Shown: positions 18,596 through 27,690 of the stretch, piece by piece
Position numbering within the stretch: position 1 is the stretch's first letter
How the letters are laid out: every line of letters begins with the position of its first letter
Source of the DNA: Candidatus Latescibacterota bacterium
Lineage (GTDB): Bacteria; Latescibacterota; UBA2968
Assembly (NCBI GenBank): GCA_965198115.1
Contig: OZ240241.1
Span: 2,880,001 to 2,944,000 of the forward strand
Reading direction: 5' to 3'
Length of the DNA stretch: 64,000 nucleotides
Notes under the pieces: generated by a model
The model's database searches: none
The model's input: only the letters and a program-made list of their open reading frames with translations
Told to the model about the DNA's origin: nothing
Program-made: the position numbers and the translations under genes

Positions 18596-21103
18596 CTATA
18601 TCGAACGCCCGAACGATTGAAGTGCTTCCTGGTCGTATTCAAGAGTAAGCTCGTTCAGTTCTTTTGCCGCCGCTTCGTCCGAATCAGCGACCTCGTATCT
18701 CATCGAGGCGTAGCCTTTCATTCGCTTTTGGAACATTCTCCCCAGCATCGGAACCTTGAGATCCACGTAGTCATAAATGCGATCATCCGCCTTCCCTCGA
18801 TAGGCGCGATGGAGCCTCCCGGCGTATTGGACGAGCGTACCTCTCCAGGCAATCGGCATCGCGAGGAAGAGCGTGTCCAGGCGGGGATCATCGAAGCCCT
18901 CACCGGTGAAACGTCCAGTCGAAATCACGAGCCGCTCTTCGTCGTCGGACAAATCGGCGAGTCGATCAAGAGCTTCGCGCCTCTTTTGGGTACCCATCCC
19001 GCCTTGTAGTACGACCAGGTTCGGGGTCATCCCCTCGAGTCGATCCGCGAGGAATTGCAGATGATCTCTTCTCTCAGTCAGAACCAGAGGAGATCGACCT
19101 TCCTCCAAAGCTCGGATGACGTCGTCCAGGATCATCTCATTCCGTTTCGGGTCCAGGGCAAGGCGCTGATAGATGTGTTGTATTCCCGTGCGAGTCCCAT
19201 CTACATCAATTGAGAAGGACGTCTCACGGACAAAGAGCCGATGTCGAAAAAAACCCCGTACAGCTTGATCCTTGCGATCGAAGGAATATCGGATCGGTCC
19301 AAGATAGTAGTGGAGAATCGGGTGGTGGCCGTCGCGCCGGATTGGAGTCGCCGTTAAACCCGTTAAATGCTTTGCCCTGACCTCTTTCAGAACTTTTTCA
19401 AAAGAGACAGCTGGAATATGATGACACTCGTCAACGATCACGTTGCCATACCTTCCAGCAAACTCAGACAGATCCTTCCTGCGCGCCAGACTTTGGATCA
19501 TCGCCACATCCACCAGCCCTGTCTGTTTTCGCCTCCCACCGCCAATCTGACCAATTTCCTTCACATCAAGGCCCAGAAAAACCGCAAGCTGTTCGCGCCA
19601 TTGATCCAGAAGCTGCGTTCGATGTACGAGAACTAACGTGGCTCGTTTCCGTTCCGCGATCAGGTGGATACCGACGACGGTCTTGCCCATCCCGGGCACT
19701 GCAACGAAGACTCCGATGTCAGATCCCAATATCACATCGGCAGCTCTTTTCTGAGCGGCGGTCAACTCTCCTTGAAAGGCAACATCGATCCGCTCACCTG
19801 CTGTCTGTCGATCTTCGATCCTAAGCGTAATGTCGTGAGTCGCAAGCAGCTCCTCAAGATCGAATAAACAGCCTCGGGGCAGCGCCACGGCTTCGGACAG
19901 ATCTTCAGCACAGGTGATGACTCGAGGAGTCAACGCGGTAGACAGTCGCAGAGATTGCCTTTTGTAGAACTCTGGGTTCTGGAAAGCCGCCAACCGTTTG
20001 ATCTGATTGATCAGGGAAGAGGGCAAACCCGACTTTTCTACAAGAACACCCCGATCCAGATCGGCCCGAACACTCTTGGGCAAAGGATCCTCAATCGAGA
20101 CGATCTGTGGCCCTTCTTGAGATCGCGCGGTCTTATCCCCGGGTTCATCGGACAAAGACGGGATCTGTACGCCGATAATTCGGCCTTCTTGGGATGCCAT
20201 CTCGGCCAACGCCTCAACCCGTGAACGTGGCAAACGGTCCAAGGAGGCGAGATAGCCCCATTGATCCTCGTAGGGCGCCCATCTGTTGTCGACAAACACT
20301 GTGTTCCCAGCGCGCCTCGCCTCATACTGAAGCGGCAGGGCGATCAGGTTCCCGAATCCGCCTCGCGGCATCGTATCCTGGCTGGGAAACAGACGGTCGT
20401 AGGAAGCCATCGATATCTGGTGTCTTTGCGTCATCGTCTGCGTGATCAAATAGCAGCCCATTTTTCTCGCTGACGCTGCGGATACACACTCCTCAAAGAA
20501 GAACCAGACGTGTGCCCCCTTCCCCGATCGAGATCGTTCAACCGCGGGAGTCATCCCAAGCTTGATAGAAGTCTCCAGAAAGGAGGAAACATCGTCTGCC
20601 CAGGCCTTGCCATCGAAATCAATCGCCAAAATAGCGCAGGTGTCGTCTTCCAGCAGCGGATAGACTCCAACGACGTGACGCCCCTGCAGATGGTCCTTGA
20701 TAACTTGGTCGGTCACGGGAAGGAATGCTTGATTCGGACACTCTCCGCACCTTACCCGAGGTTTATCGCAGACACCGTGCACCCATTCGTTACCGCACGC
20801 TGGGGCGTACCCAATCGATTGTTTCCGCTGGTTTCGCCAGAATTTGGGGAAGACATCCATCCGACCTCGAAAGAGCGAGCGAAAGAGGGTAATCTTCTCT
20901 TGGTTTGATCGGGGCGATGCTACTTTGTGGGGGAGGGCTTCGACAGTTGGGCCAGACAGGGAAAGCGAGGTCAACTTATCCTGTAGTTCTGCCAGACGTC
21001 CGACGAGTAAGCGTTTCTCGGCATCGATGTCCGCGAGACGGGCTTTTTCGTCACGGATCTTCTGGATCAGAGTGGCCTTGTCAAGGGAAGTCAACGGACA
21101 CAC
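18596..21103 (-). CDS. iee: AEP primase-polymerase fused to SF2 (DExH) helicase; IS-excision enhancer (IEE)/TOTE-primase homolog
   Basis: LFRGR.DV, C.NEW...C.KP...C.EC, AIDFD, ERSRSGKGAHVW, SYDRLFP.QD.MP.GGFGNLIALPLQ, AAF.NPEFY, GKT, DECHH, GLTATP.RRDG, GEGFD, QYAGRLHR. Confidence 0.85.
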   Translation of the reverse strand: MCPLTSLDKATLIQKIRDEKARLADIDAEKRLLVGRLAELQDKLTSLSLSGPTVEALPHKVASPRSNQEKITLFRSLFRGRMDVFPKFWRNQRKQSIGYAPACGNEWVHGVCDKPRVRCGECPNQAFLPVTDQVIKDHLQGRHVVGVYPLLEDDTCAILAIDFDGKAWADDVSSFLETSIKLGMTPAVERSRSGKGAHVWFFFEECVSAASARKMGCYLITQTMTQRHQISMASYDRLFPSQDTMPRGGFGNLIALPLQYEARRAGNTVFVDNRWAPYEDQWGYLASLDRLPRSRVEALAEMASQEGRIIGVQIPSLSDEPGDKTARSQEGPQIVSIEDPLPKSVRADLDRGVLVEKSGLPSSLINQIKRLAAFQNPEFYKRQSLRLSTALTPRVITCAEDLSEAVALPRGCLFDLEELLATHDITLRIEDRQTAGERIDVAFQGELTAAQKRAADVILGSDIGVFVAVPGMGKTVVGIHLIAERKRATLVLVHRTQLLDQWREQLAVFLGLDVKEIGQIGGGRRKQTGLVDVAMIQSLARRKDLSEFAGRYGNVIVDECHHIPAVSFEKVLKEVRAKHLTGLTATPIRRDGHHPILHYYLGPIRYSFDRKDQAVRGFFRHRLFVRETSFSIDVDGTRTGIQHIYQRLALDPKRNEMILDDVIRALEEGRSPLVLTERRDHLQFLADRLEGMTPNLVVLQGGMGTQKRREALDRLADLSDDEERLVISTGRFTGEGFDDPRLDTLFLAMPIAWRGTLVQYAGRLHRAYRGKADDRIYDYVDLKVPMLGRMFQKRMKGYASMRYEVADSDEAAAKELNELTLEYDQEALQSFGRSI

Positions 21104-21104
21104 C

Positions 21105-21230
21105 TATTCGGCAGGTTTCTCGCGGCGCTCCCTGACCTCTCGAAGCACATCCACGATCTCATCTCGAGTCAGATCCAACCTCACGCCCTCGACATCCAGC
21201 GGCGAGCTCGAGGGATTCGCCGTTCGCAGG
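21105..21230 (-). pseudogene. Possible C-terminal remnant of a Phd/YefM-type antitoxin
   Basis: Minus-strand translation SSPLDVEGVRLDLTRDEIVDVLREVRERR, with no start codon. Confidence 0.35.
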
Positions 21231-21546
21231 ATTGAACTCCTGCCCGTCACGTCTTCTGATCCGGACCTCTCCTTCCCGACGAGCCCGATCGAGCAGGGAT
21301 GCCAGGGTTTTGCCTTGCTTCTGAGTATGTGACAACAGTCATCGGTCAGCCTTCAAATGTGCCAGGCAATGAGCTCGCATCTGTGGCCAGTGCGTGTCCT
21401 GCCGTCGTCTAGAGGCAAAAATCCAGCGCCAGGACGGCCTGAGAAGGGTCTTTGACCGTTTCACCCGGTAAGCGACAGGTTTCAGTCGATGATCTCCTAG
21501 CGAGTTTGGACTTCAGGTCCGTTCATTGGTTGAGTTGCCTTCGATG

Positions 21547-22095
21547 TCAATCAGGGGGAGACCACCGCAAGACTCCCATCTTCCCAGGGTGTGCAGCTTG
21601 CGCCTTAGTATGCCACTCAAAACCGACTTCGACCGGCACCTTCAATTCGCGAGCAATCCAGAGGGTCGTCTCCCACGCCCTATGAGAATCGAGGCCCTGT
21701 ATGGACAGATCCAACTTCGGAATGTATTTGAATCCTCGAGAACTTTCGTTGCCCTCCAAAAGGTTGGCCCTTGACACCTGCTGCATCTTCTCGACTCCCA
21801 GGACCTCCGCCGCCTTGATGTGGGCAAATTTCACGAGTTCATTCCACTTGGGAGGCACCGCATCATTCCCGAACTTTGCCCGCAAGACCCTTGTATGGCG
21901 AAGATTCTCTGGGTGGTCCGGGTCCAACTCAATCCCGCTCCGCTGATTCCCAGTCGTCCTGGGCTGACCGTTCGCGTTCTGGTGATAAAAGTCCAACAGG
22001 CGGTCAATAACGGATGCCTCCGTATCAACGAAAGGCTCCGCAATCTTCTTCAATCGACCATACGTTTCATCCGAAATCTGAATCGTCTGTGTCAT
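21547..22095 (-). CDS. Hypothetical protein with SeqA/RHH-like N-terminus (resembles proteins annotated SepA family)
   Basis: MTQTIQISDETYGRLKKIAEPFVDT..SVIDRLLD; C-terminal SIQG...V.FEW..K..AAHPG. Confidence 0.5.
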   Translation of the reverse strand: MTQTIQISDETYGRLKKIAEPFVDTEASVIDRLLDFYHQNANGQPRTTGNQRSGIELDPDHPENLRHTRVLRAKFGNDAVPPKWNELVKFAHIKAAEVLGVEKMQQVSRANLLEGNESSRGFKYIPKLDLSIQGLDSHRAWETTLWIARELKVPVEVGFEWHTKAQAAHPGKMGVLRWSPPD

Positions 22096-22169
22096 CGCCG
22101 GCCCCCAGAATACTGATATTAATAATGTAGATTGATATATAAATATCATACTACATGAGATATGTGTAG

Positions 22170-22545
22170 ATGTCAACCCCTCAGACCCATTCCTATCGCA
22201 AACTCTTGCAAGTCGTCCAAGTTACCCTGACCGAAGGCCGGCTTCGTGCCGAACAGGCCGTCGAACGCGAGCGGTTGACGACGTATCACGAGGTGGGGCA
22301 CCAAATTCATCAACATCTGACAGAATCAGGCGAAGGCGGAACCTACGGCGAGCGGCTCTTTCTAAGCCTGGCTGGTGACCTCGAAATCGCCGAGCAACTC
22401 CTTCGTGATGCGGTAAACGTGTATCGTTGGCATCCTAATTTCCCACGCGCGTGGGAAATTAGGATGGACCCATTACCGAATCCTCCTTCGTCTTCCATCC
22501 AAAGATGATCGCGATCGACTCGAAAAGGAGGCTGCCGCGGGCGGA
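22170..22545 (+). pseudogene. DUF1016 (YhcG) N-terminal domain, frameshifted and truncated
   Basis: YHEVGHQI...YGERLFLSLA.DL; alternate frame gives LGWTHYRILL. Confidence 0.7.
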
Positions 22546-22582
22546 TGGACAAACGGCCCTTTCCCCTCGCATTATCTTGCTT

Positions 22583-22701
22583 CTGTCCAGTTGAGGCGTA
22601 CCCTAGCCTGGCGTCAGGGACGGGGCGCTGAGGCGTCAGAATAGAGTTCTCATTTGGATTGATGGACACATCCCGTCCAGGGTTATAGAGTTCTTCCTGA
22701 C
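22583..22701 (+). promoter_or_regulatory. Tn21/Tn501-type resolution (res) site
   Basis: gttgaggcgtaccctagcctggcgtcag...gcgtcagaataga...ggttatagagttcttcctgaca resembles the Tn21 res as I recall it, and lies directly before a tnpR start. Confidence 0.7.
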
Positions 22702-22724
22702 AGATTGGATTCAGCAGGGACGCC

Positions 22725-22787
22725 TTGCCCGATCAGCGCATCGGCTATGTCCGGGTGAGCAGCTTCGACCAGAACCCGGAACGCCAA
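22725..22787 (+). pseudogene. tnpR: First 21 codons of a Tn3-family resolvase
   Basis: TTG-PDQRIGYVRVSSFDQNPERQ. Confidence 0.85.
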
Positions 22788-22861
22788 GTTGAGTTGTGTC
22801 CAGGTTCGAGAAGGACGCCCATCCAGGGAGGCTGGAGACGTTGAAGAAGGAGACGATCGCA

Positions 22862-23467
22862 ATGATCGGCAGCCGCGCCTTTACTGCATTGATGGTGGGA
22901 TGGCTATTGACGAACGCCGTTCAGGCAGAGCCGCGGCCCGGCGACATCGCCGGCGTATATCCGTCGGCAGGGCCGGGTGACCGTACGTTGTACGCGATAG
23001 CGCGGGTGAACCCGGGAGCCGGTCCCGCGACGACGAGGTCCGGGGAGTCGATCATTCAGGTCTTCGTCACCGGCAGGGACCGCCGCGTCGAAGGGACTGC
23101 CAGTCACTACTTTGCGGTGCCGCGGGATGTATCCACGGGCGTGCGACTCGACGCGCTCCACTCGGCACCGGGTCCCAATCACTTTATCCAAATTGACGGC
23201 CGGGAGTACGCGCTCCAACGGATTATGGTCGGGGTACGGGAGGGCCACCTGCGTCTTGAAGGGGCGGTTCTGGTACGCACCGGCTTCTTACCAATGATAA
23301 TGCGTGGACGGATCGAGCTTCGGCTGGACTCGGCCCTGAACCCCGGCGGGACCGCAGACGAGATGACGGCCAAGGCGTTGGAAGACACGACACGGGCCGA
23401 CAAAATCAGTCGTGAAGGCTATGAGAAGGCGCTACGAGACTACCAAACAAGAAGAGCGCGAGAGTGA
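22862..23467 (+). CDS. Hypothetical exported protein
   Basis: AAGGAG RBS; signal peptide MIGSRAFTALMVGWLLTNAVQA. Confidence 0.6.
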   Translation: MIGSRAFTALMVGWLLTNAVQAEPRPGDIAGVYPSAGPGDRTLYAIARVNPGAGPATTRSGESIIQVFVTGRDRRVEGTASHYFAVPRDVSTGVRLDALHSAPGPNHFIQIDGREYALQRIMVGVREGHLRLEGAVLVRTGFLPMIMRGRIELRLDSALNPGGTADEMTAKALEDTTRADKISREGYEKALRDYQTRRARE

Positions 23468-23547
23468 ATGGGCCTTAGCGTACGATTTTTCCCGTTTCGT
23501 GAGGTGACCCCACCTCAACCCCCATAACAAAGCGCCCGGACGGTGCC

Positions 23548-23874
23548 GTGATGCTGCGCATGCCCTTCGAGTTTCCCGACGGAGATCGCTTCCCTATCCA
23601 CGTTTCGGAACTCGGGTCCGGTGGATTGCGCCTTTCCGACCAGGGCCATACGCTCATGCACATCAGTTACGATCACGACATTGATTCGTTCCTGGAAGGC
23701 ACCCGTGGCCAGCTCATCGAGCGCACCATGGCCGAGACCGGCCTTGAATGGGACGGAGACGCATTCTGCGTCGATACTCCAATCGATAGGCTTCCTGATG
23801 CGATCTTTCGTTTAGGTCAAGTGTTGACCAGGGTTTACGACCTGATTGCCCTTCCAAGTGTTGTTTTGTGTTAA
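23548..23874 (+). pseudogene. DUF1828-like domain fragment
   Basis: PF.FPDGD.F.I......LRLSD.GHTLM.IS pattern; both ends appear truncated. Confidence 0.55.
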
Positions 23875-24620
23875 GGGTCAGCCGAAGGAGTCCATAGCCC
23901 CCACCTTCCGTGACTCTGGCCACCGAAGTGTTGCTGCAAGTTTCTGAATTTGCCGTAGGGTGGTTATGTCCCTCTGCGTCTTCTCAAAAGCTTCCTTCGC
24001 GTGGTGCTCGACGCTGGCAAGACTCACGCGAAGATTCCTGATGATCGGATCGAGATTGTCCTCGGTGATCTCTGACTCGGAAAGAATAGTTGACGCCGGA
24101 CACGCTCTATCCACGTGCTTCTGCATAGCCTCTCTGTCCTTGATCTTCCCGCCGTCCGAAATCGGTCCCGAGACGTAGATCCCTCTCTCACGTCGATGCG
24201 TGTAGACCCCTTTCTGGGTGCGATGTTCGTAGTGTGAGACGACGTTCGGGGTGGTTTGATTATGGGCTCTGAGCGGGCTTAACTTTGCCCTTCTGTGCGG
24301 GTTTTCGAGGACCTCGACGAGGTTCCGAACCCAGAGGACGTCAAGACCGATCCTTGAGCCCGGTCCAGACTGCGGGATACCTCGCAGATCAAGTTACCGA
24401 CCTCCGCAAGGAGCGAAGCGTCGCGAGAGCCACTACCTCATCAATTGGGCAATGTGACGCATGCTTTTCATCAGTGATGTCGTCAACAACTGCTGATACG
24501 GGGCTTCGGGAGCTTTTTCCGCATAGAGCCTCCACGGGTCATACTGACCTTGATATACCTAAATAGTACCGTAAATTTAAGAAATAAATTCACTCCTATT
24601 GAGTATAGGAATATACCTAC

Positions 24621-25424
24621 ATGAAAGAAAGAACGACGATCGGCGATCGAGTAAGGAAGGCAAGGGAGCGGTCTGGTCTTGCCTCCTCGCAGGCAGCCTT
24701 GGCCAAGAGGCTAAGAGTGACACCGAAGCAAGTCTCTGTATGGGAAAACGCCACCAACCTTGAATGGAGAACCTTGGAGCGGATTGCGAGCGCGCTGGAG
24801 ACTACGCCAGAAGACATCGTCAATGAGGGGATTACGGCACGGTTCAGGACGGAGTTCGAGGAGCTGCTGGAGAGTCGTAAACGATCGGTCACGGCGCGTT
24901 GGCTTGACGGGATTTACCCAGATCCCGAAGGGAGAAAGATAAACCTGACTGAGAACAACCTACTGATAGCTCTGGACGCCGATTTGCTGGATTGGCCCCC
25001 CGAAGAGTCAGGTGGCTATTCTGACCGTATCGCTGGCGTCACCCGCCGATATTGCAGTCAGGTTCAGAAGGCAGCATGGTCCGATGCTCGCAAAGCCGAG
25101 ATGATCGAGACAATCGTCAGCATTGGCACTAAACACTTTGCGGAAGCAAGAGAGAGAGGGATTTCGCTCGATGCCATCACAGCCCACTTGGCGGCAGACA
25201 GGAAGGAAGAGACGAAGCAGCTAAGAGGATTGGTCTCCCGGATGACAGAAGACAAGGAGATGCTGGATGTCGTCGATTGGTTATCGAGTGATAAGCGGTA
25301 CGTGAGGCTTCTGAAGACTTTGGGCAACCTACCAAAGGATCTCAACGATGCGGACCTGGGAGTGATAGCTCAGGGGCTTCGCGGCATTCTTAGGATGATC
25401 AAGCAACTGAAACGGCCCAGCTAA
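24621..25424 (+). CDS. XRE-family HTH transcriptional regulator (phage-type repressor)
   Basis: IGDRVRKARE...SQAALAKRLRVTPKQVSVWEN...TLERIASALET. Confidence 0.85.
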   Translation: MKERTTIGDRVRKARERSGLASSQAALAKRLRVTPKQVSVWENATNLEWRTLERIASALETTPEDIVNEGITARFRTEFEELLESRKRSVTARWLDGIYPDPEGRKINLTENNLLIALDADLLDWPPEESGGYSDRIAGVTRRYCSQVQKAAWSDARKAEMIETIVSIGTKHFAEARERGISLDAITAHLAADRKEETKQLRGLVSRMTEDKEMLDVVDWLSSDKRYVRLLKTLGNLPKDLNDADLGVIAQGLRGILRMIKQLKRPS

Positions 25425-25463
25425 CCGGAAAGACATGCAACGCGACATCCACAGACCGAAATC

Positions 25464-25724
25464 GTGATGCCAAATTCAAGACCAAAACTCGATGAGTACA
25501 TGAAGGAGGAAGGAAACGCCCTCCTCGACGGCGAGAGACTCTTGGCTCCCGAGCAGGTGATGGCTCGTCTTGGGATCACAAAGAGGCAGCTCAACGAACT
25601 ACATAGGGGCGAGAATCCGCGGGGTCTGTATCTGCCGGCTTACAGGCTGGGGAAGAAGACAATCCGTTACCGGCTGAAGGATGTGCTGCGGCTGGAATGG
25701 GAGGCGATGAAGGAGTGTAGCTGA
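25464..25724 (+). CDS. Excisionase-like HTH protein
   Basis: LLAPEQVMARLGIT...LPAYRLGKKTIRYRLKDV; convergent with the integrase. Confidence 0.75.
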   Translation: MMPNSRPKLDEYMKEEGNALLDGERLLAPEQVMARLGITKRQLNELHRGENPRGLYLPAYRLGKKTIRYRLKDVLRLEWEAMKECS

Positions 25725-25799
25725 CCGAATTTAAGTCAGCTTGGATTACTATAGGTCGATGGGACGGCAACACTCAACTGGCTGCCGCAAAAGCCAGCG

Positions 25800-27029
25800 T
25801 CAATACGGAAGCCTATCCATTGGATGCTGCTCGGGTTCGATGTAGTGGAGATACTGCATCGTCGTGTTTAGGCTGGCGTGGCCCATCCGCTTCTGGAGCG
25901 TTGTAGGGTCTACGCCGTTGCGGAGGGCCATCGTCGCGTATGTGTGTCTGAGAGAGTAGACGGTAATTTCTGGATCGATTTTCTCCGCACGGATCATCAG
26001 TGAAAAGGCCTTTTGCGGTGCAGCTTGGGAAAGCGGCCTCTTCCGGTAGCCCTTTCTCCTCGAATCCCCACCAGGCATCACGAACGGCCCGAGCATTCCC
26101 TCATCCTCCTGCCGTTTACATTCCTCTTGAAGATAGTCGACAAAGCTCAGCTTGATATCTAACCGACGGGCTTCGCTATCTTTGGGCACCCAAGTCTCGC
26201 CTGTTTCCTCGCAAGCGGATCTGTGGATGTCGATTATTCCACCCCTCCGATCGATTGCATCCCATCTGAGCCAGCACATTTCTTCATCCCTCAGTCCCGC
26301 GTAGAGCCCAAGTCTGACTACTGTGGGCAGGCTGCCACTTATTCTCGTCCGATAGTTCAAGGAAGCGTCTAGGATGTATTTTGCTTCTTCTTCGGTGAGG
26401 ACCCTACGCTCCTTGGACTTCCTTGGCTGGCGAATCTTAACTTGCCGTGCCGGGTTCTCAGAAAGCATTCCGAGTCTAATGGCCTGGTCGAGCAAGAGTC
26501 TGAGTTTGGTGTGGTAGTGATAAACACTCCAATCCGAGTAGTTCCTCCTGAGCTGGGCTAAATAATTTGACACATCATGCGTGGTGAGCTCCCTGAGATC
26601 TGGATGATGGGTTCCGAGCCACTCCAATACCTGCCCGGCAAGACTTATGTGGTTCTTGTAAGACTTCCTTCCTACTCCACCTTTACCCACATCTGCTGCA
26701 TAGTCCTCATAGGCTCGCAGGATTTCTTGATAGCCCGTCTTCTGGAGGGTGGCTCTTGAGTTTCTCTTTGCAGTTTCCAGATATCCTCTGAAGACGGTGC
26801 CGGCTTCTTCCTTCTTTATCCAGCCCCTCTCAATCCACTCCTGAATGTCAGCTTCTACAGCCAGGCCCGTCCGAGCTGCGGCCTCCAATCTCCCAACTTG
26901 AGTCTTGAGGGCATTGGCTTCTGCCTTGAGCTTTGCATACTTGGCCTTCTTTACTGACTTACCATTGAGCTTCAAATAATAGGACACTCGCCAGTTGTTC
27001 CTGGCGGGGAATTTATGGACGGAAGCCAT
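25800..27029 (-). CDS. Tyrosine recombinase/integrase
   Basis: AGLRDEE, PK, YSLRHTYAT, MGHAS..TT..Y catalytic residues; adjacent to tRNA 3' end. Confidence 0.95.
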   Translation of the reverse strand: MASVHKFPARNNWRVSYYLKLNGKSVKKAKYAKLKAEANALKTQVGRLEAAARTGLAVEADIQEWIERGWIKKEEAGTVFRGYLETAKRNSRATLQKTGYQEILRAYEDYAADVGKGGVGRKSYKNHISLAGQVLEWLGTHHPDLRELTTHDVSNYLAQLRRNYSDWSVYHYHTKLRLLLDQAIRLGMLSENPARQVKIRQPRKSKERRVLTEEEAKYILDASLNYRTRISGSLPTVVRLGLYAGLRDEEMCWLRWDAIDRRGGIIDIHRSACEETGETWVPKDSEARRLDIKLSFVDYLQEECKRQEDEGMLGPFVMPGGDSRRKGYRKRPLSQAAPQKAFSLMIRAEKIDPEITVYSLRHTYATMALRNGVDPTTLQKRMGHASLNTTMQYLHYIEPEQHPMDRLPY

Positions 27030-27039
27030 CTTGAAATCC

Positions 27040-27075
27040 CTATGTAACCCTCTATGTAACCCTCTATGTAACCCT
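27040..27075. repeat. Three perfect tandem 12-bp repeats (ctatgtaaccct); probable integrase arm-type sites
   Basis: Seen directly; 10 bp upstream of the integrase start. Confidence 0.8.
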
Positions 27076-27212
27076 AAACAACACGTATAGATGGGTTTTC
27101 TAAAGTATCAATGGGTGCTAATGTGTATACCTTATTGTAGCCAATTGGTTAGTCGTGAGCAAGAGATCTGTGCTTGGCTTAGGTGGATAAACCTTTATAA
27201 TTGGGCAAAATT

Positions 27213-27248
27213 AACCCCGTAGAGCGTCTCAGCTTCTACGGGGGTTTT
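27213..27248 (-). terminator. Hairpin downstream of tRNA-Val
   Basis: aaccccgtaga...tctacgggggtt, followed on the minus strand by a T-run. Confidence 0.6.
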
Positions 27249-27324
27249 GGTGGGCGATACCGGACTCGAACCAGTGACTTCCTGCTTGTAGAGCAGGCGC
27301 CCAAACCAGCTGAGCTAATCACCC
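27248..27324 (-). tRNA. tRNA-Val(TAC), with non-canonical positions
   Basis: GGGTGAT/ATCGCCC acceptor + ACCA; CCTGC-TCTACAA-GCAGG anticodon arm; GGTTCGAGTCC T-arm. Confidence 0.88.
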
Positions 27325-27690
27325 TTTGAGCATTGGGGGGCATACCGATCCCATTCTGGTGGCTGGGTCTGGGCTTGCGTCAGGCTGTGCCCTAGTGTCG
27401 TGGGCAGTTGGGACAGTGTTTCAGACCGACTGGAAGGAATCGCTCAGGAATTTTCGTCCAGACTCTCACTCTATCCAGCTCATATCTTCGCCGCGCACCA
27501 GAAAGGAGCGGTCGTCATAGCGACCGGGCCGCTCGACCTGAATGACGCCGTCTTCCACTGCGACGTCTAGGGGATTGGCCCGGGTCTGCAGAGGCAGCAT
27601 GACGCGCTCGTGGACGCGTGCTGACTCGTAAACGGCCATCATGATTTCGAGGGCGGCCCGGCCGTATTTCGCCTCTCCCGGATAGTCCAC

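Noticed and set aside
21100-27029. Integron cassette array or intact prophage
   Set aside because: No attC-like repeats seen, the integrase looks phage/island-type and is tRNA-linked, and there are no structural phage genes.
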